64,000 bases of DNA, taken from assembly GCA_965199495.1 (NCBI GenBank), contig CBDASK010000003.1, positions 896,001 to 960,000 on the forward strand, given 5' to 3'. The translations under genes and the position numbers were made by a program. The notes beneath the pieces are model-generated. The model ran no database searches, had not been told where the DNA came from, and worked only from the letters and a program-made list of their open reading frames with translations. The first letter of the stretch is position 1, and each line of letters opens with the position of its first letter. The stretch comes from Abditibacterium sp. GTDB taxonomy: Bacteria; Armatimonadota; Abditibacteriia; Abditibacteriales; Abditibacteriaceae. This document shows positions 46,339 to 55,463 of this stretch, in pieces.

Positions 46339-46839
46339 TTAAATGGCGACTTTGGCGTGGTCGCCCACATGTTCCTGTTCGCCCGTGACCTTCGATTGGA
46401 TAAAACCTTTGATGTGCGCAATAGTGCTGGACGGCGCGTCCCAATATTCGGCGCCACCGACTTCGACTTTGAGTAAAGCCAGTTCGGGATCGTCCAATCC
46501 ATCGGGGAACCACGCCTCGAACTGCGGCTTCCAATATTTTTCGTTGAGCGCTTTGTCAACGACCAAACGGGCATTGCCCGCGAGCGAAACGTAATCCTGG
46601 TTTGACGGATCGGAATAGGCGACGTTGACGCGCGGTTCTTTGCCGATTTGCTCGACTTTTGCCGAATCTTTTTTGGTAAAAAACCAGACTTCGCCATCGA
46701 AATCCATTTCTAAAATTGCCATTGGGCGAGCGTGAAAATGGCCCTCATCGCTGACGCTGGTCAGCATGGCGATGGTCTTACCTTTGATGAGTTCGTTAAT
46801 CTTTTCGATGGCCTGCGAATGAGTGGGTTGGGGTGACAT
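46339..46839 (-). CDS. General stress protein 26 / pyridoxamine-oxidase-like FMN-binding protein
   Basis: HARPM, VWFFT, AWFPDG.DDP and AEYWD motifs; ATG at 46839 with GAGG RBS. Confidence 0.9.
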   Translation of the reverse strand: MSPQPTHSQAIEKINELIKGKTIAMLTSVSDEGHFHARPMAILEMDFDGEVWFFTKKDSAKVEQIGKEPRVNVAYSDPSNQDYVSLAGNARLVVDKALNEKYWKPQFEAWFPDGLDDPELALLKVEVGGAEYWDAPSSTIAHIKGFIQSKVTGEQEHVGDHAKVAI

Positions 46840-46867
46840 TACTATATTTTCCTCGGCAGATTCATTG

Positions 46868-46883
46868 AGCATGAAAGGTGCCA
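46868..46883 (-). promoter_or_regulatory. Sigma54-type promoter
   Basis: TGGCACCTTTCATGCT (GG-N10-GC), 29 bp upstream of the ATG. Confidence 0.65.
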
Positions 46884-46892
46884 AGCCTTTTC

Positions 46893-48152
46893 CTACTTGC
46901 GCATGATCGGCGTGCCGTCAATTTTCACGCGAAACAGTGAGTAAGGTTTGACGCGCAAATCTTTGCCATAATTGTAGCCCTTCTGGCGGTGTAATTGATT
47001 GGAAATCACATACAGATAACCATCGCCCGCGATGCTCATCGTGTCGGGCCACAACAAACGCGGGTCGCGCACGACGGTTTGATACAAGCTGTTGGGCAAA
47101 CGGCGCGCGATGGCATTTTGTTCGGGCAGCGTCACGTAAACGCGGCCTTGCGCGTCGGCTTCCAGCCCGTCGCTCATGCCTTTTTCGCCGTGATCAATCA
47201 CCGAGTTTTCGACCAACGATTCGGCGGCTTTGCCGTTGCGTAGCATGGCCGTCGAAACGCTATAAAGATGGCGCGAAGCGAGCGGACAATAGAACAAACG
47301 CGAACCGTCGGCGCTCAGCGCGATACCGTCTGAAGCGAACTTAACGTAGCCGGGAAATTTGCCCGGCGGCGTCGAATACATCGCGTCACCCTCGACATAA
47401 GGCACGAACTTGGGCGTGACCTGCGTCGAAAAATGAGTATCCAAACGGCGCGTGGCGATGCCGCTCGCCAAATCCACCACGATGATGCCGCTATCGCCCG
47501 AATCGGTGATGTAAGCGACACCTTCGCGACCAACAGTTAAATCGAAGCGCACATCGTTAAAGTAGCTTTTGGGCCGCGCGATGTCGGGCTTGAATTGAAT
47601 CGTCTTGACGATTTTGTTGGTATTTAAGTCAATACCGACGAGTTTGGGGCCGCCGGGCGCGGTCGGAGCGAACTCGATGGAGCCGGTGTCCAAAACCCAC
47701 AAACGGTCGGCGCTATCCACGACGACGCTTTGCACGCCGACAAAATGCGTGGCGCGTTCTTTTTGGGCGCGCGCCGATTTTTCCTGCGCCAAAACTTTGC
47801 GCGTGCCGTTGCTGCCGAACGCGTTGATTTCTCGCGAAGGAAACGCCACGGCTTTGCCATTGACAATTTCGGCGACGGTGAATGGCACGTTATCGCCCCA
47901 GCGCGGAAAATTGACGAAGATGCGGCTTTTTTGCGAAACCGTAACGCCGGTCGGCATCGGCCCGAAAAACTGCGCGACGGTTTCGAGTTGGCCTTTGGAG
48001 CGCGCCGCAGCAACTTCGCGGGCGCCCAAATGATCGGTTGCGGTGGGCGTTTTCGCGAGATTTGGCGCGGACATTTTCGGTTGCGCGCCCGCCGTGGCTG
48101 CACTCAGAGCCACGGCGGCGCCCAGAGCGGTTAAAGAAATTTTTGGAATCAT
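46893..48152 (-). CDS. Secreted major royal jelly / yellow-like beta-propeller protein
   Basis: Signal peptide; PTGVTVS..RIFVNFPRW, LWVLDTG, SDGIALS and WPDT motifs. Confidence 0.88.
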   Translation of the reverse strand: MIPKISLTALGAAVALSAATAGAQPKMSAPNLAKTPTATDHLGAREVAAARSKGQLETVAQFFGPMPTGVTVSQKSRIFVNFPRWGDNVPFTVAEIVNGKAVAFPSREINAFGSNGTRKVLAQEKSARAQKERATHFVGVQSVVVDSADRLWVLDTGSIEFAPTAPGGPKLVGIDLNTNKIVKTIQFKPDIARPKSYFNDVRFDLTVGREGVAYITDSGDSGIIVVDLASGIATRRLDTHFSTQVTPKFVPYVEGDAMYSTPPGKFPGYVKFASDGIALSADGSRLFYCPLASRHLYSVSTAMLRNGKAAESLVENSVIDHGEKGMSDGLEADAQGRVYVTLPEQNAIARRLPNSLYQTVVRDPRLLWPDTMSIAGDGYLYVISNQLHRQKGYNYGKDLRVKPYSLFRVKIDGTPIMRK

Positions 48153-48249
48153 AATCAGTCGAAAAGTTCGGACGAATGTGCCGAAAATCAAATGCTGTGC
48201 CAAGGCAAAACGAGTGCCCGCCGCGCGCCAATTGCGACAAACTAAGGGA

Positions 48250-48951
48250 ATGTCCTCTGAACCGAACTCTTTCAAGCGCCCGTTATGGCCGATGATGATT
48301 TTAGCCGTCTGCGCACTGGGCGCGGGAATTTCCGGCACCTTGTTATACACGCAAAATCGCGCGCCCAAAACCGTCGTTGCGGCGGCGCCCGATGCCAAAC
48401 CCGACGTGGAAACGATGCCCAACCCAATGGCCGATTTGCCATCCGCCGTACAAAATTTGCCCAAAGCGCCGCCATCTTCGGTCGCGCAACCGGTTTTGCC
48501 CGACACGCCGCCCGACTTGGACGCCGCGCCGCCCGCGCAGGCGTTGGCCGGATTGACGCCGTCCCAATCCGCGCTGATGAGCGGCAACTGGTATTTCGAC
48601 CACCAGAATTGGCCGCGCGCCATCGAATCGTATCAAAAAGCGATTGCGGGCGGCATTGACAATCCCAACGTGCGCACCGATTTGGGCAGTTCCTATCGCT
48701 TTATGAAGCAACCCAAACAGGCGATGGAACAGTATCAAATCGCACAAAAGCAAGACCCCAACCACGAAAACAGCCTGTTCAATCAGGGCGGACTTTACGC
48801 GTTTTCGCTGGGCCAAACAGCCAAGGGTATCGAAGTTTGGAAAACCTATCTGAAGAAATTTCCCAACGGCGAAAGCGCCGCCGCCGCGCGCCAACTGTTG
48901 CAACAGGCGGAATTGGGCAAACCGGGCGCGAAAGATAAAACCGCCGCTTAA
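48250..48951 (+). CDS. Membrane-anchored TPR protein
   Basis: One TM segment, Pro-rich linker, TPR-like GNWYFD..W..AI..Y and VRTDLG. Confidence 0.85.
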   Translation: MSSEPNSFKRPLWPMMILAVCALGAGISGTLLYTQNRAPKTVVAAAPDAKPDVETMPNPMADLPSAVQNLPKAPPSSVAQPVLPDTPPDLDAAPPAQALAGLTPSQSALMSGNWYFDHQNWPRAIESYQKAIAGGIDNPNVRTDLGSSYRFMKQPKQAMEQYQIAQKQDPNHENSLFNQGGLYAFSLGQTAKGIEVWKTYLKKFPNGESAAAARQLLQQAELGKPGAKDKTAA

Positions 48952-48955
48952 TTTT

Positions 48956-49048
48956 AAGCCACGAAGAAGCACAAAAGGAACAAAAGTTTGGAAGAAATCG
49001 CCGAGATTTTTGGCGATTTCTTCCAAACTTTTGTTCCTTTTCGTGGCT
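48956..49048. repeat. Inverted repeat between convergent genes (30-bp perfect core arms)
   Basis: 48973-49002 is the reverse complement of 49012-49041; outer AGCCACGAA / TTCGTGGCT. Confidence 0.85.
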
Positions 49049-49064
49049 ATTTAAACTCGACAAA

Positions 49065-50090
49065 TCAGTCTTTTTCTTTCAGCAAAAACCGGTTTGAAAT
49101 CGCTTTAAACGAAAGCCGACCCGCCAAAACTTCGCTTGTGCGTTCGTGAAGCGGGCGCACAACCAAGCCTTCGCGCTCGTTGGAGGTGCCGGGATATTTG
49201 CCTTCAGCCAACGCCAACAGCGAGTTTTGGTTGTAGCCAAACGATTCGCCGGTTTCGAGCGTTTCGACGGCGGGCACTTCGATTTCCGCCAAAAACTCGC
49301 GCGCCTCGCCGTGATCAAGATAACGCCGATTGGCGAAGTCGTAGACGTTGAACGCGAACAGCGTGATTTGCTTTAACTCCAGGCGATTCTTTTGAATGCC
49401 CGGCCCACAAATCTCGCCCTGAATCGCCATTTGGGGATGCGCGGCCAATTTCGCGGGCAAATCGTATTGGCGCGCGATGCGCCAGTAAAAACTATCGCCT
49501 TCCGAAATCGAGTAATTGCGCCCGCACGCCAGAAACTGTCCGTCGCGCGGATCAACGCAATAAGTCGCCGAAGTGCCGTCGTATTTGAGCGTAATCGCAT
49601 ACGGCGTCGCGAAAATCTCATCCAAAACTTCGGGCGCGCTTTGCACACGAATCTCGTCAGTTTTGGGCACGAAACCGGGGAAATTGCCGCCGATTTCGCC
49701 GCCGCTTCCGGCAGGAATTGGCGGTTCGTATTTAGTGACGCCCAATTTTTCCGTCACGTCGTCGCCAGCAGCCACGGCGCCAAGGTCGAATGGACTCAAA
49801 GGCAAAAACAAACCCTGCGACAACGCGCCGCGCAGTTTCATGGTGCGAATCCGAAACTTGTCGGGACGCGTTGGCACGCTGCCGTCTTTGGCCGTCCACA
49901 GAAATTGAAAATTGGGATTGTCGGGCGGAATCGCGTCAATTTCGAGAAAAACTCCCAGATCGCCGATCTTGAACTCGCCCTTTTTGGTGACACATTGCCA
50001 CCCGTTGATGCGCACCAATTCGATGGCGTCGGCGCCCACAATTGGGACGATTTCGAGCGCGCGCTGAACCGATGCTAATTTGCGTTCCAT
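49065..50090 (-). CDS. ATP-dependent RNA ligase, DRB0094-like
   Basis: N-terminal RKLAS..GADAIE; PKTDE.R.Q, motif I KYDGTS, QGEICGPGIQKN, REGLV and SFKAISN motifs. Confidence 0.9.
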   Translation of the reverse strand: MERKLASVQRALEIVPIVGADAIELVRINGWQCVTKKGEFKIGDLGVFLEIDAIPPDNPNFQFLWTAKDGSVPTRPDKFRIRTMKLRGALSQGLFLPLSPFDLGAVAAGDDVTEKLGVTKYEPPIPAGSGGEIGGNFPGFVPKTDEIRVQSAPEVLDEIFATPYAITLKYDGTSATYCVDPRDGQFLACGRNYSISEGDSFYWRIARQYDLPAKLAAHPQMAIQGEICGPGIQKNRLELKQITLFAFNVYDFANRRYLDHGEAREFLAEIEVPAVETLETGESFGYNQNSLLALAEGKYPGTSNEREGLVVRPLHERTSEVLAGRLSFKAISNRFLLKEKD

Positions 50091-50309
50091 GTTGAAAACT
50101 TCACTCCATCGCTCGCACTTTTGATGGTTTCGGCGCGTCATAAACCCCGGTAAAACCGCAAGTTGCAACCGGAAAAATAAGCGGAGCATCCGAAATCGGC
50201 ATCTCACAAACGCCGGTTTCGCCACGTCTTGTCCCACGAAATTGATAGATTTTTTCGATGTCGCATCGCGAGCGACTGAGAATTATAACACGTATTCGAG
50301 GCGCGCACA

Positions 50310-50343
50310 AAAAAGCCGAAGAGCAAATGCTCTTCGGCTTTTT
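50310..50343 (-). terminator. Intrinsic terminator after dps
   Basis: AAAAAGCCGAAGAGCA-aa-TGCTCTTCGGCTTTTT. Confidence 0.85.
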
Positions 50344-50357
50344 CTGTTCAAAACGAT

Positions 50358-50981
50358 TTAGCTCGCGTGAACCAAGGGTTCGGGCGCCAGATGCGTGGCG
50401 ATAAACCAGACTTGCAATTCGTTGGTTCGCAGAACTTGCGAGACCAATAAATCGTTGGTGCCGTCGTCGCCCGCGTCGTCGGCTTTGCCCGCGTAGTCGC
50501 GGGTTTCTTTGTTGATGAGTTCGTGCGCTTCGAGCAAACGCGAGATTTGCACCGGCACTTCCTCGACGCCATCGGGCGGATTTTCAACTTTCGACAGTTT
50601 GGCGACGGCGGCGGGCATGCCGGTGGCGACTCCGCCCAACAGTTGGATGCGCTCGGCGATGGAATCAACGAGGGCGCTCTGTTCTTCGTAATGTTTATCG
50701 AAGAGCAAATGAAGTTGATAAAAAGTGTGACCACTGACCTGCCAGTGATGCTTTTTATACATGTGCGCTAACGTGATGGTATCAGCTAAAACCTGATTGA
50801 GGTTTTCGCACATTTGTCGGCGCACATCGGAATCGAGGCCTTGCGGCAGATTGCGCACGGTGCCGTAATCCTGAATTATTGGGCCGCGCTGGTTGAGAAT
50901 CGGCTGGTATTCTTTCACTTGGCCGTTGGAGTGGCCGTTGGTTTCGGCCTTAACAGGGGAATTTTTAACTTTGGTTGCCAT
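50358..50981 (-). CDS. dps: Dps DNA starvation/stationary phase protein
   Basis: KKHHWQVSG.TFYQLHLLFD and D.IAERI..LGG motifs. Confidence 0.95.
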   Translation of the reverse strand: MATKVKNSPVKAETNGHSNGQVKEYQPILNQRGPIIQDYGTVRNLPQGLDSDVRRQMCENLNQVLADTITLAHMYKKHHWQVSGHTFYQLHLLFDKHYEEQSALVDSIAERIQLLGGVATGMPAAVAKLSKVENPPDGVEEVPVQISRLLEAHELINKETRDYAGKADDAGDDGTNDLLVSQVLRTNELQVWFIATHLAPEPLVHAS

Positions 50982-51015
50982 GATTTTACGTCCTTTGAAG
51001 GATGAGAAAACAAGA

Positions 51016-51031
51016 CGCAACTTCAATGCCG
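51016..51031 (-). promoter_or_regulatory. Sigma54-type promoter of dps
   Basis: CGGCATTGAAGTTGCG (GG-N10-GC), 35 bp upstream of the ATG. Confidence 0.6.
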
Positions 51032-51058
51032 AAAACTTTTCTCCACTTGAGAAATCGC

Positions 51059-51778
51059 TCAGAGATTTTCTTCGTCTTCGTCTTCAATGCGCGCCAACGC
51101 GGTTTTGACGGTGCCATAACCAAAGCCACGGCGCGCCATCATTTCGATGGCTTTTTGCGTGCGCTCGCGGCCTTGCTCCCACTTTTCCAATTTGCGCTCA
51201 ATTTTCCGCAACGCCGCCATCGCGTTTTCGATTTCCTCGTCGGCGTCGGGCAACGCGGCTTCGATTTCTTCTTTATCAACGCCTTTGAACCGCAATTCTT
51301 GTTTGAGCAGACGCGCGCCGCGCGGTTTGGAGCGGCTGCGACTTTCGACCCAATCGCTCGCGAACTGGGCATCATCCAACATTTTGTTGTCGCGCAATTT
51401 ACGGATAACTGCCGCGATGACCGTTTCGCTCCATTCGTCGCGTTGCAGGCGCTGGCGGATTTCTGCTTCGGCGCGCGGGCGATAACCGATGAAATTGAGC
51501 GCCGTCGTCAACGCTTTGGTCTCGCCGTCTTCGCGCAACAGTTGCTCTAAAAACTCGGCGTCAATTATCAGTTTCGGGCGCAATCCGTGTTTAAACGCCA
51601 AATCGGCGCTCAGGGCGAAAGAGAATTTTTCTTCGATGAAAACGTTGACGCGCGCGCCCAAGTGCGCGCGCTTGCGTTGCTGCGCGACGACCGACGAAAT
51701 CGCGCCGGGAAACGGCTCGACTTTCGGCTTGAACCCTTCGGATTTTTCCGAATCTGGTTTGCGCTGTTGAAAGCTCAT
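51059..51778 (-). CDS. recX: Regulatory protein RecX
   Basis: ALNFIGYRPR..AE, LDDAQFA..WV, G..LLKQELRFKGV and RRGF motifs. Confidence 0.9.
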   Translation of the reverse strand: MSFQQRKPDSEKSEGFKPKVEPFPGAISSVVAQQRKRAHLGARVNVFIEEKFSFALSADLAFKHGLRPKLIIDAEFLEQLLREDGETKALTTALNFIGYRPRAEAEIRQRLQRDEWSETVIAAVIRKLRDNKMLDDAQFASDWVESRSRSKPRGARLLKQELRFKGVDKEEIEAALPDADEEIENAMAALRKIERKLEKWEQGRERTQKAIEMMARRGFGYGTVKTALARIEDEDEENL

Positions 51779-51878
51779 GCGCCGTGGCTCCCATTTCCGG
51801 TGCGTTGCGGGCGCGAACAATTATAGCTCGATTCGATGCGTTGCATGAGAAAATTTACGGGGCAAAAATCGCGCGCGT

Positions 51879-52652
51879 TTAACCGCAAACGCAAGTGCTA
51901 ACCGATTTCGTCCAATCGCCTTTGTAAGCCTCGACCGTCACCGGACGAAACTCGATCTCGCCAACGGTTTGCCACGGCATCTCATCGCGCTTGACAATTT
52001 TGACATCGCTAAATCCGGCGTTTTCAAACGCCCGCACAAACGCGTTTTCTTGGTAAGCGCCCGAAATGCAGCCCGACCACAAATCGGCATCGTCGCGCAT
52101 CTCTTGGGGCACCTCGCGGTCGCTGACGATATCGGAAATCGCGACACGCCCGCCGTCTTTGACGACGCGAAACATCTCGTTGAACAACTGCGCTTTTTGC
52201 GCGGTTTCGACCAAATTCAACACGCAATTGGATAGCACGACATCAATCGAATCGCTTTCGATAATCGCGCTCAAATCCTGAATCTGACCGCGCCGAAATT
52301 CGACGTTATGAAAACCCAATTCATCGCCGATTTGCGCTTTGTATTTTTCGGCCAGCGCCAACATTTCGGCGTTGATGTCAACGCCGATAACGCGTCCGCT
52401 CGCGCCGACGATTTGTGCGGCGATATAGCAAATTTTTCCGCCGCCGCTGCCCAAATCCAACACGGTTTCGCCCCGACGCACGAAAGCGGCGGGATTGCCG
52501 CAACCGTAATCGCGCTCGACAATTTCGGCGGGCATGACTTTGAGATATTGCGCGTCGTAATTCACGGCGCAACAGAGCGCCGGTTCGACTTGCCGGGCGG
52601 CGTGGCTGTAGCGCGCGCCAACGGCGGCTTCGACATCGAGAGTTTGGGACAT
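51879..52652 (-). CDS. SAM-dependent methyltransferase, ArsM-like
   Basis: LCC, YGCGNP, VLDLGSGGG, SNCVLNL and WSGCISGA motifs. Confidence 0.85.
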   Translation of the reverse strand: MSQTLDVEAAVGARYSHAARQVEPALCCAVNYDAQYLKVMPAEIVERDYGCGNPAAFVRRGETVLDLGSGGGKICYIAAQIVGASGRVIGVDINAEMLALAEKYKAQIGDELGFHNVEFRRGQIQDLSAIIESDSIDVVLSNCVLNLVETAQKAQLFNEMFRVVKDGGRVAISDIVSDREVPQEMRDDADLWSGCISGAYQENAFVRAFENAGFSDVKIVKRDEMPWQTVGEIEFRPVTVEAYKGDWTKSVSTCVCG

Positions 52653-52704
52653 AGAAAAGCAAAAGAACCGTCGTGACCCGCGCAGTTCCGCGATAAAACC
52701 AACT

Positions 52705-52998
52705 TTATGGCATTCCATTGATAAGTAACGCCCAAAAGAGCGCCGAGAGACAGCCGACGAACAGCCACGTCGCGCCAATCTTTGTGGCGCGCGAATCTTT
52801 GAAGCGTGCGCCGACAACGAGCGAGATGAGTATTAGCGCCATCAACGTCATCAAAACGTAGGCGAAACTCAAAGAACGCAGCAAGAAAAACCAGACGAAG
52901 AAAATCGCCAGTGGCAGCAGAAAACCTATCGCGGCAAACATAAATTGGCGCGCGTTGCTATCGGACGAAGATTTGATGTCGTTGGAATTATCGGGCAC
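52705..52998 (-). CDS. Small 3-TM membrane protein
   Basis: Three hydrophobic segments; fills the intergenic gap. Confidence 0.55.
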   Translation of the reverse strand: MPDNSNDIKSSSDSNARQFMFAAIGFLLPLAIFFVWFFLLRSLSFAYVLMTLMALILISLVVGARFKDSRATKIGATWLFVGCLSALFWALLINGMP

Positions 52999-53189
52999 AA
53001 ATAAAAAAAACGGGAATTTTAAGTATCCGAGATTCTCGCGACAATTCCAACGCCGCCAGAATTTGGCGGCGTTGCATGAAAGTGAAATTCGGTAGATAAA
53101 GCCGACCTATAACGCGAAATAGCTGCAATGACAACAGCCAATACTCGCGTTAGACCAAAGCGCTTGCGGTTTATACTTGAACCTTGCTT

Positions 53190-54254
53190 ATGCCCCAAAC
53201 CATGTCCGCCGCCGTGTTGCACGGCGTTAAAGATTTGCGCGTTGATTCCGTGCCCGTGCCCGCCGCGCCCGCGCCGGGCGAAGTTCAAGTTCGCATCGGC
53301 AAAGTCGGCATTTGCGGCTCCGATGTCCACTATTGGGAACACGGTCGCATCGGCGATTTCATTGTCAAAGAGCCGATGATTTTAGGCCACGAATGTGCGG
53401 GCACGGTCGTATCTGTCGGCGAAGGCGTGGGCAATTTGCGCGTGGGCGACCGCGTGGCTATCGAGCCGGGCGTGCCGCGTTTGTCCAATGCGGCCTCGCA
53501 TTTTTACATGAAGCGCGGGCAATATAACCTGTGTCCCGATATTTTCTTCTTCGCAACGCCGCCCGATCACGGTTCATTTTGCAACCTTGTCAATCACAAA
53601 GCCGATTATTGTTTCGCGTTGCCCGACCACGTTTCGCTCGAAGAGGGCGCGATGATCGAGCCGCTTTCGACGGGCATTTTCGCCGCGCGCGTGGCGCCGA
53701 TTCGCATGGGTGATACGGTCGTCATTACCGGCGCCGGGCCGATTGGTTTGATGAACCTTTTGGCCGCGCGCGCGGCGGGTGCCGCGAGGGTGATAATTTC
53801 GGATTTCGTGGGTTCGCGTTTGGATGTCGCGCTGCAAATTGGCGCCACGCAGGTCGTCCAAGGCGACGCCGCCGAACTCAAAGAGGCCGCGCACGCGATG
53901 ACCAATGGTCTGGGCGCCGACGTTTGCATCGAATGCGCGGGCCATCCGGCGGCGCTGGCGGCGGCGATTGGTGCCGCGCGCGCGGGCGCTTCGGTCGTGT
54001 TAGTCGGTATGCCAGCGAGCGACACAGTGCCGGTGAATATCAACGATCTAATTGTGCGCGAAATCACGCTCAAGCCGATTTTTCGCTATAATAACACGTT
54101 CCCAACCGGCGTTGATTTATTAGCGAGCGGCAAAGTGGACGTGAAGCCGCTCATTTCCAAAAGGTTTGAATTGAACGAAGTGCCGCAAGCGTTTGAATAC
54201 GTCATCGCCAATCGCGATACGTGTGTAAAAGCGATTGTCAATATCGGCGAGTAA
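53190..54254 (+). CDS. Zn-dependent polyol (sorbitol/xylitol) dehydrogenase
   Basis: GICGSDVH, GHE and GAGPIG motifs; the structural-Zn Cys cluster is mostly absent. Confidence 0.92.
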   Translation: MPQTMSAAVLHGVKDLRVDSVPVPAAPAPGEVQVRIGKVGICGSDVHYWEHGRIGDFIVKEPMILGHECAGTVVSVGEGVGNLRVGDRVAIEPGVPRLSNAASHFYMKRGQYNLCPDIFFFATPPDHGSFCNLVNHKADYCFALPDHVSLEEGAMIEPLSTGIFAARVAPIRMGDTVVITGAGPIGLMNLLAARAAGAARVIISDFVGSRLDVALQIGATQVVQGDAAELKEAAHAMTNGLGADVCIECAGHPAALAAAIGAARAGASVVLVGMPASDTVPVNINDLIVREITLKPIFRYNNTFPTGVDLLASGKVDVKPLISKRFELNEVPQAFEYVIANRDTCVKAIVNIGE

Positions 54255-54269
54255 ACAGCAGCCACGCCC

Positions 54270-54309
54270 AAAAAAGCCGCGATAGAAATGAATCTATCGC
54301 GGCTTTTTT
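54270..54309. terminator. Bidirectional terminator
   Basis: AAAAAAGCCGCGATAGA-N6-TCTATCGCGGCTTTTTT between convergent genes. Confidence 0.88.
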
Positions 54310-54320
54310 AGCGGTTCAAA

Positions 54321-54731
54321 CTATTGCAAACCGGGATCGCCATACGGGTCTTCATCCGAAGATTTGACGTTGCCGTAACTGGCATTCTGACCGCCGCCCT
54401 GCAAACCTGGGTCGCCGTAAGGGTCTTGGTCGGAAGAGCGAGCGTTGCCGTAGCTGACGTTTTGACCGCCACCCTGCAAACCCGGATCGCCGTAGGGGTC
54501 TTGGTCGGATGACATCGGGTTTTGCCGGGTGCCCTGCTGAGAGCCACCGCCGCCGCCCATCAAGCCACCAAGGGCCGATTCAATTCCGCCGCCCGCGCCA
54601 CCGCCGCCAAGGATGCCCCTGAGGGCACCGATGAGCGGGTTAGGATCGAATTCGGGGCCGGGGGTATCGGCGGAAGCGTGGCTACGCACGGCGTTTTCGA
54701 CCTGTCCAAAGATGGAATCCATTAAGCTCAT
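54321..54731 (-). CDS. Gly-rich protein with three DPYGDPGLQ repeats
   Basis: 75-bp (25-aa) period at 54325, 54400 and 54475; AGGAG RBS. Confidence 0.8.
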   Translation of the reverse strand: MSLMDSIFGQVENAVRSHASADTPGPEFDPNPLIGALRGILGGGGAGGGIESALGGLMGGGGGSQQGTRQNPMSSDQDPYGDPGLQGGGQNVSYGNARSSDQDPYGDPGLQGGGQNASYGNVKSSDEDPYGDPGLQ

Positions 54732-54772
54732 GTTGTTACTCCTGTTGTGTCTGTCGTCTCACATTTGTCGTC

Positions 54773-55273
54773 TTACTGAACGCTGAAAACGCTGTCCAAA
54801 CCTTTGCCGGTTGTCGCGCCATCATAACCCTGCCAGCCCTGATAAGTGCTCGCCTGATCGGCGGGAACTTGCACCTGCTGAATCTGGTCTCTTGGCGGCG
54901 TCACGAAGTGCGCCTGATGCGTTTTTGGATCGCGGTAGTAAACCCGGCCTGTTGACTTGGAAACGTAATACTGCACGTTTTGCGCGGCATTGGCTTGTCC
55001 CTCTTTGCTCTTCTCGTATTTCTTATAAAGATAATACGCGGCGGCGGCTCCAGCCAAGATTTTGAGTTTGGTGCCAGTACTCATGCCCTGCTTGGCGGCG
55101 GGTGCCGACTGGGGTGCCATCTGGCCGGGCCCATCCGTGACGGGCGGCGGCGGAGCCGATGCTTTGGAACCGCAACCGACCAAAGGAACAGTCATGGAAG
55201 CGATAACTGCGACCCCGCCAAAGCGCCACAGCAAAGTCGGCGCGGAAAAGGTTCGTAGGGAAGGTGATTTCAT
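54773..55273 (-). CDS. Hypothetical lipoprotein
   Basis: Lipobox LVGC; LAGAAAAYYLYKK and YYVSK.TGRVYYRD. Confidence 0.75.
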   Translation of the reverse strand: MKSPSLRTFSAPTLLWRFGGVAVIASMTVPLVGCGSKASAPPPPVTDGPGQMAPQSAPAAKQGMSTGTKLKILAGAAAAYYLYKKYEKSKEGQANAAQNVQYYVSKSTGRVYYRDPKTHQAHFVTPPRDQIQQVQVPADQASTYQGWQGYDGATTGKGLDSVFSVQ

Positions 55274-55317
55274 TTAGTTTTCTCCGTTGAAGTTAAATTG
55301 TGCAGCGCCAGCAAAAA

Positions 55318-55333
55318 TGCAAAGCCCGTGCCC
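55318..55333 (-). promoter_or_regulatory. Sigma54-type promoter
   Basis: GGGCACGGGCTTTGCA (GG-N10-GC), 45 bp upstream of the ATG. Confidence 0.65.
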
Positions 55334-55463
55334 GAAAAATAACACAGTGATAAACCCGGATTAAGAAAAAACACAATTTATCTCGACAGATATTGAGTTC
55401 GGGCGCGATAAATCGGCCCGGAGCGCCGACAAATGATAAATTAGGAACGTCCCTTTTTCGATC

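Noticed and set aside
48043..48623. Apparent large overlap between the extended yellow-like and TPR ORFs
   Set aside because: Signal and TM sequences point to starts at 48152 (-) and 48250 (+), giving an ordinary divergent pair
49065..52652. RNA ligase, dps, recX and methyltransferase as one defence or repair system
   Set aside because: A terminator and separate promoters split them, and no partner end-healing or toxin genes are seen
53048..53074. Hairpin CAACGCCGCCA-gaatt-TGGCGGCGTTG as an ncRNA or terminator
   Set aside because: A single short stem between divergent genes with no U-tract or other support
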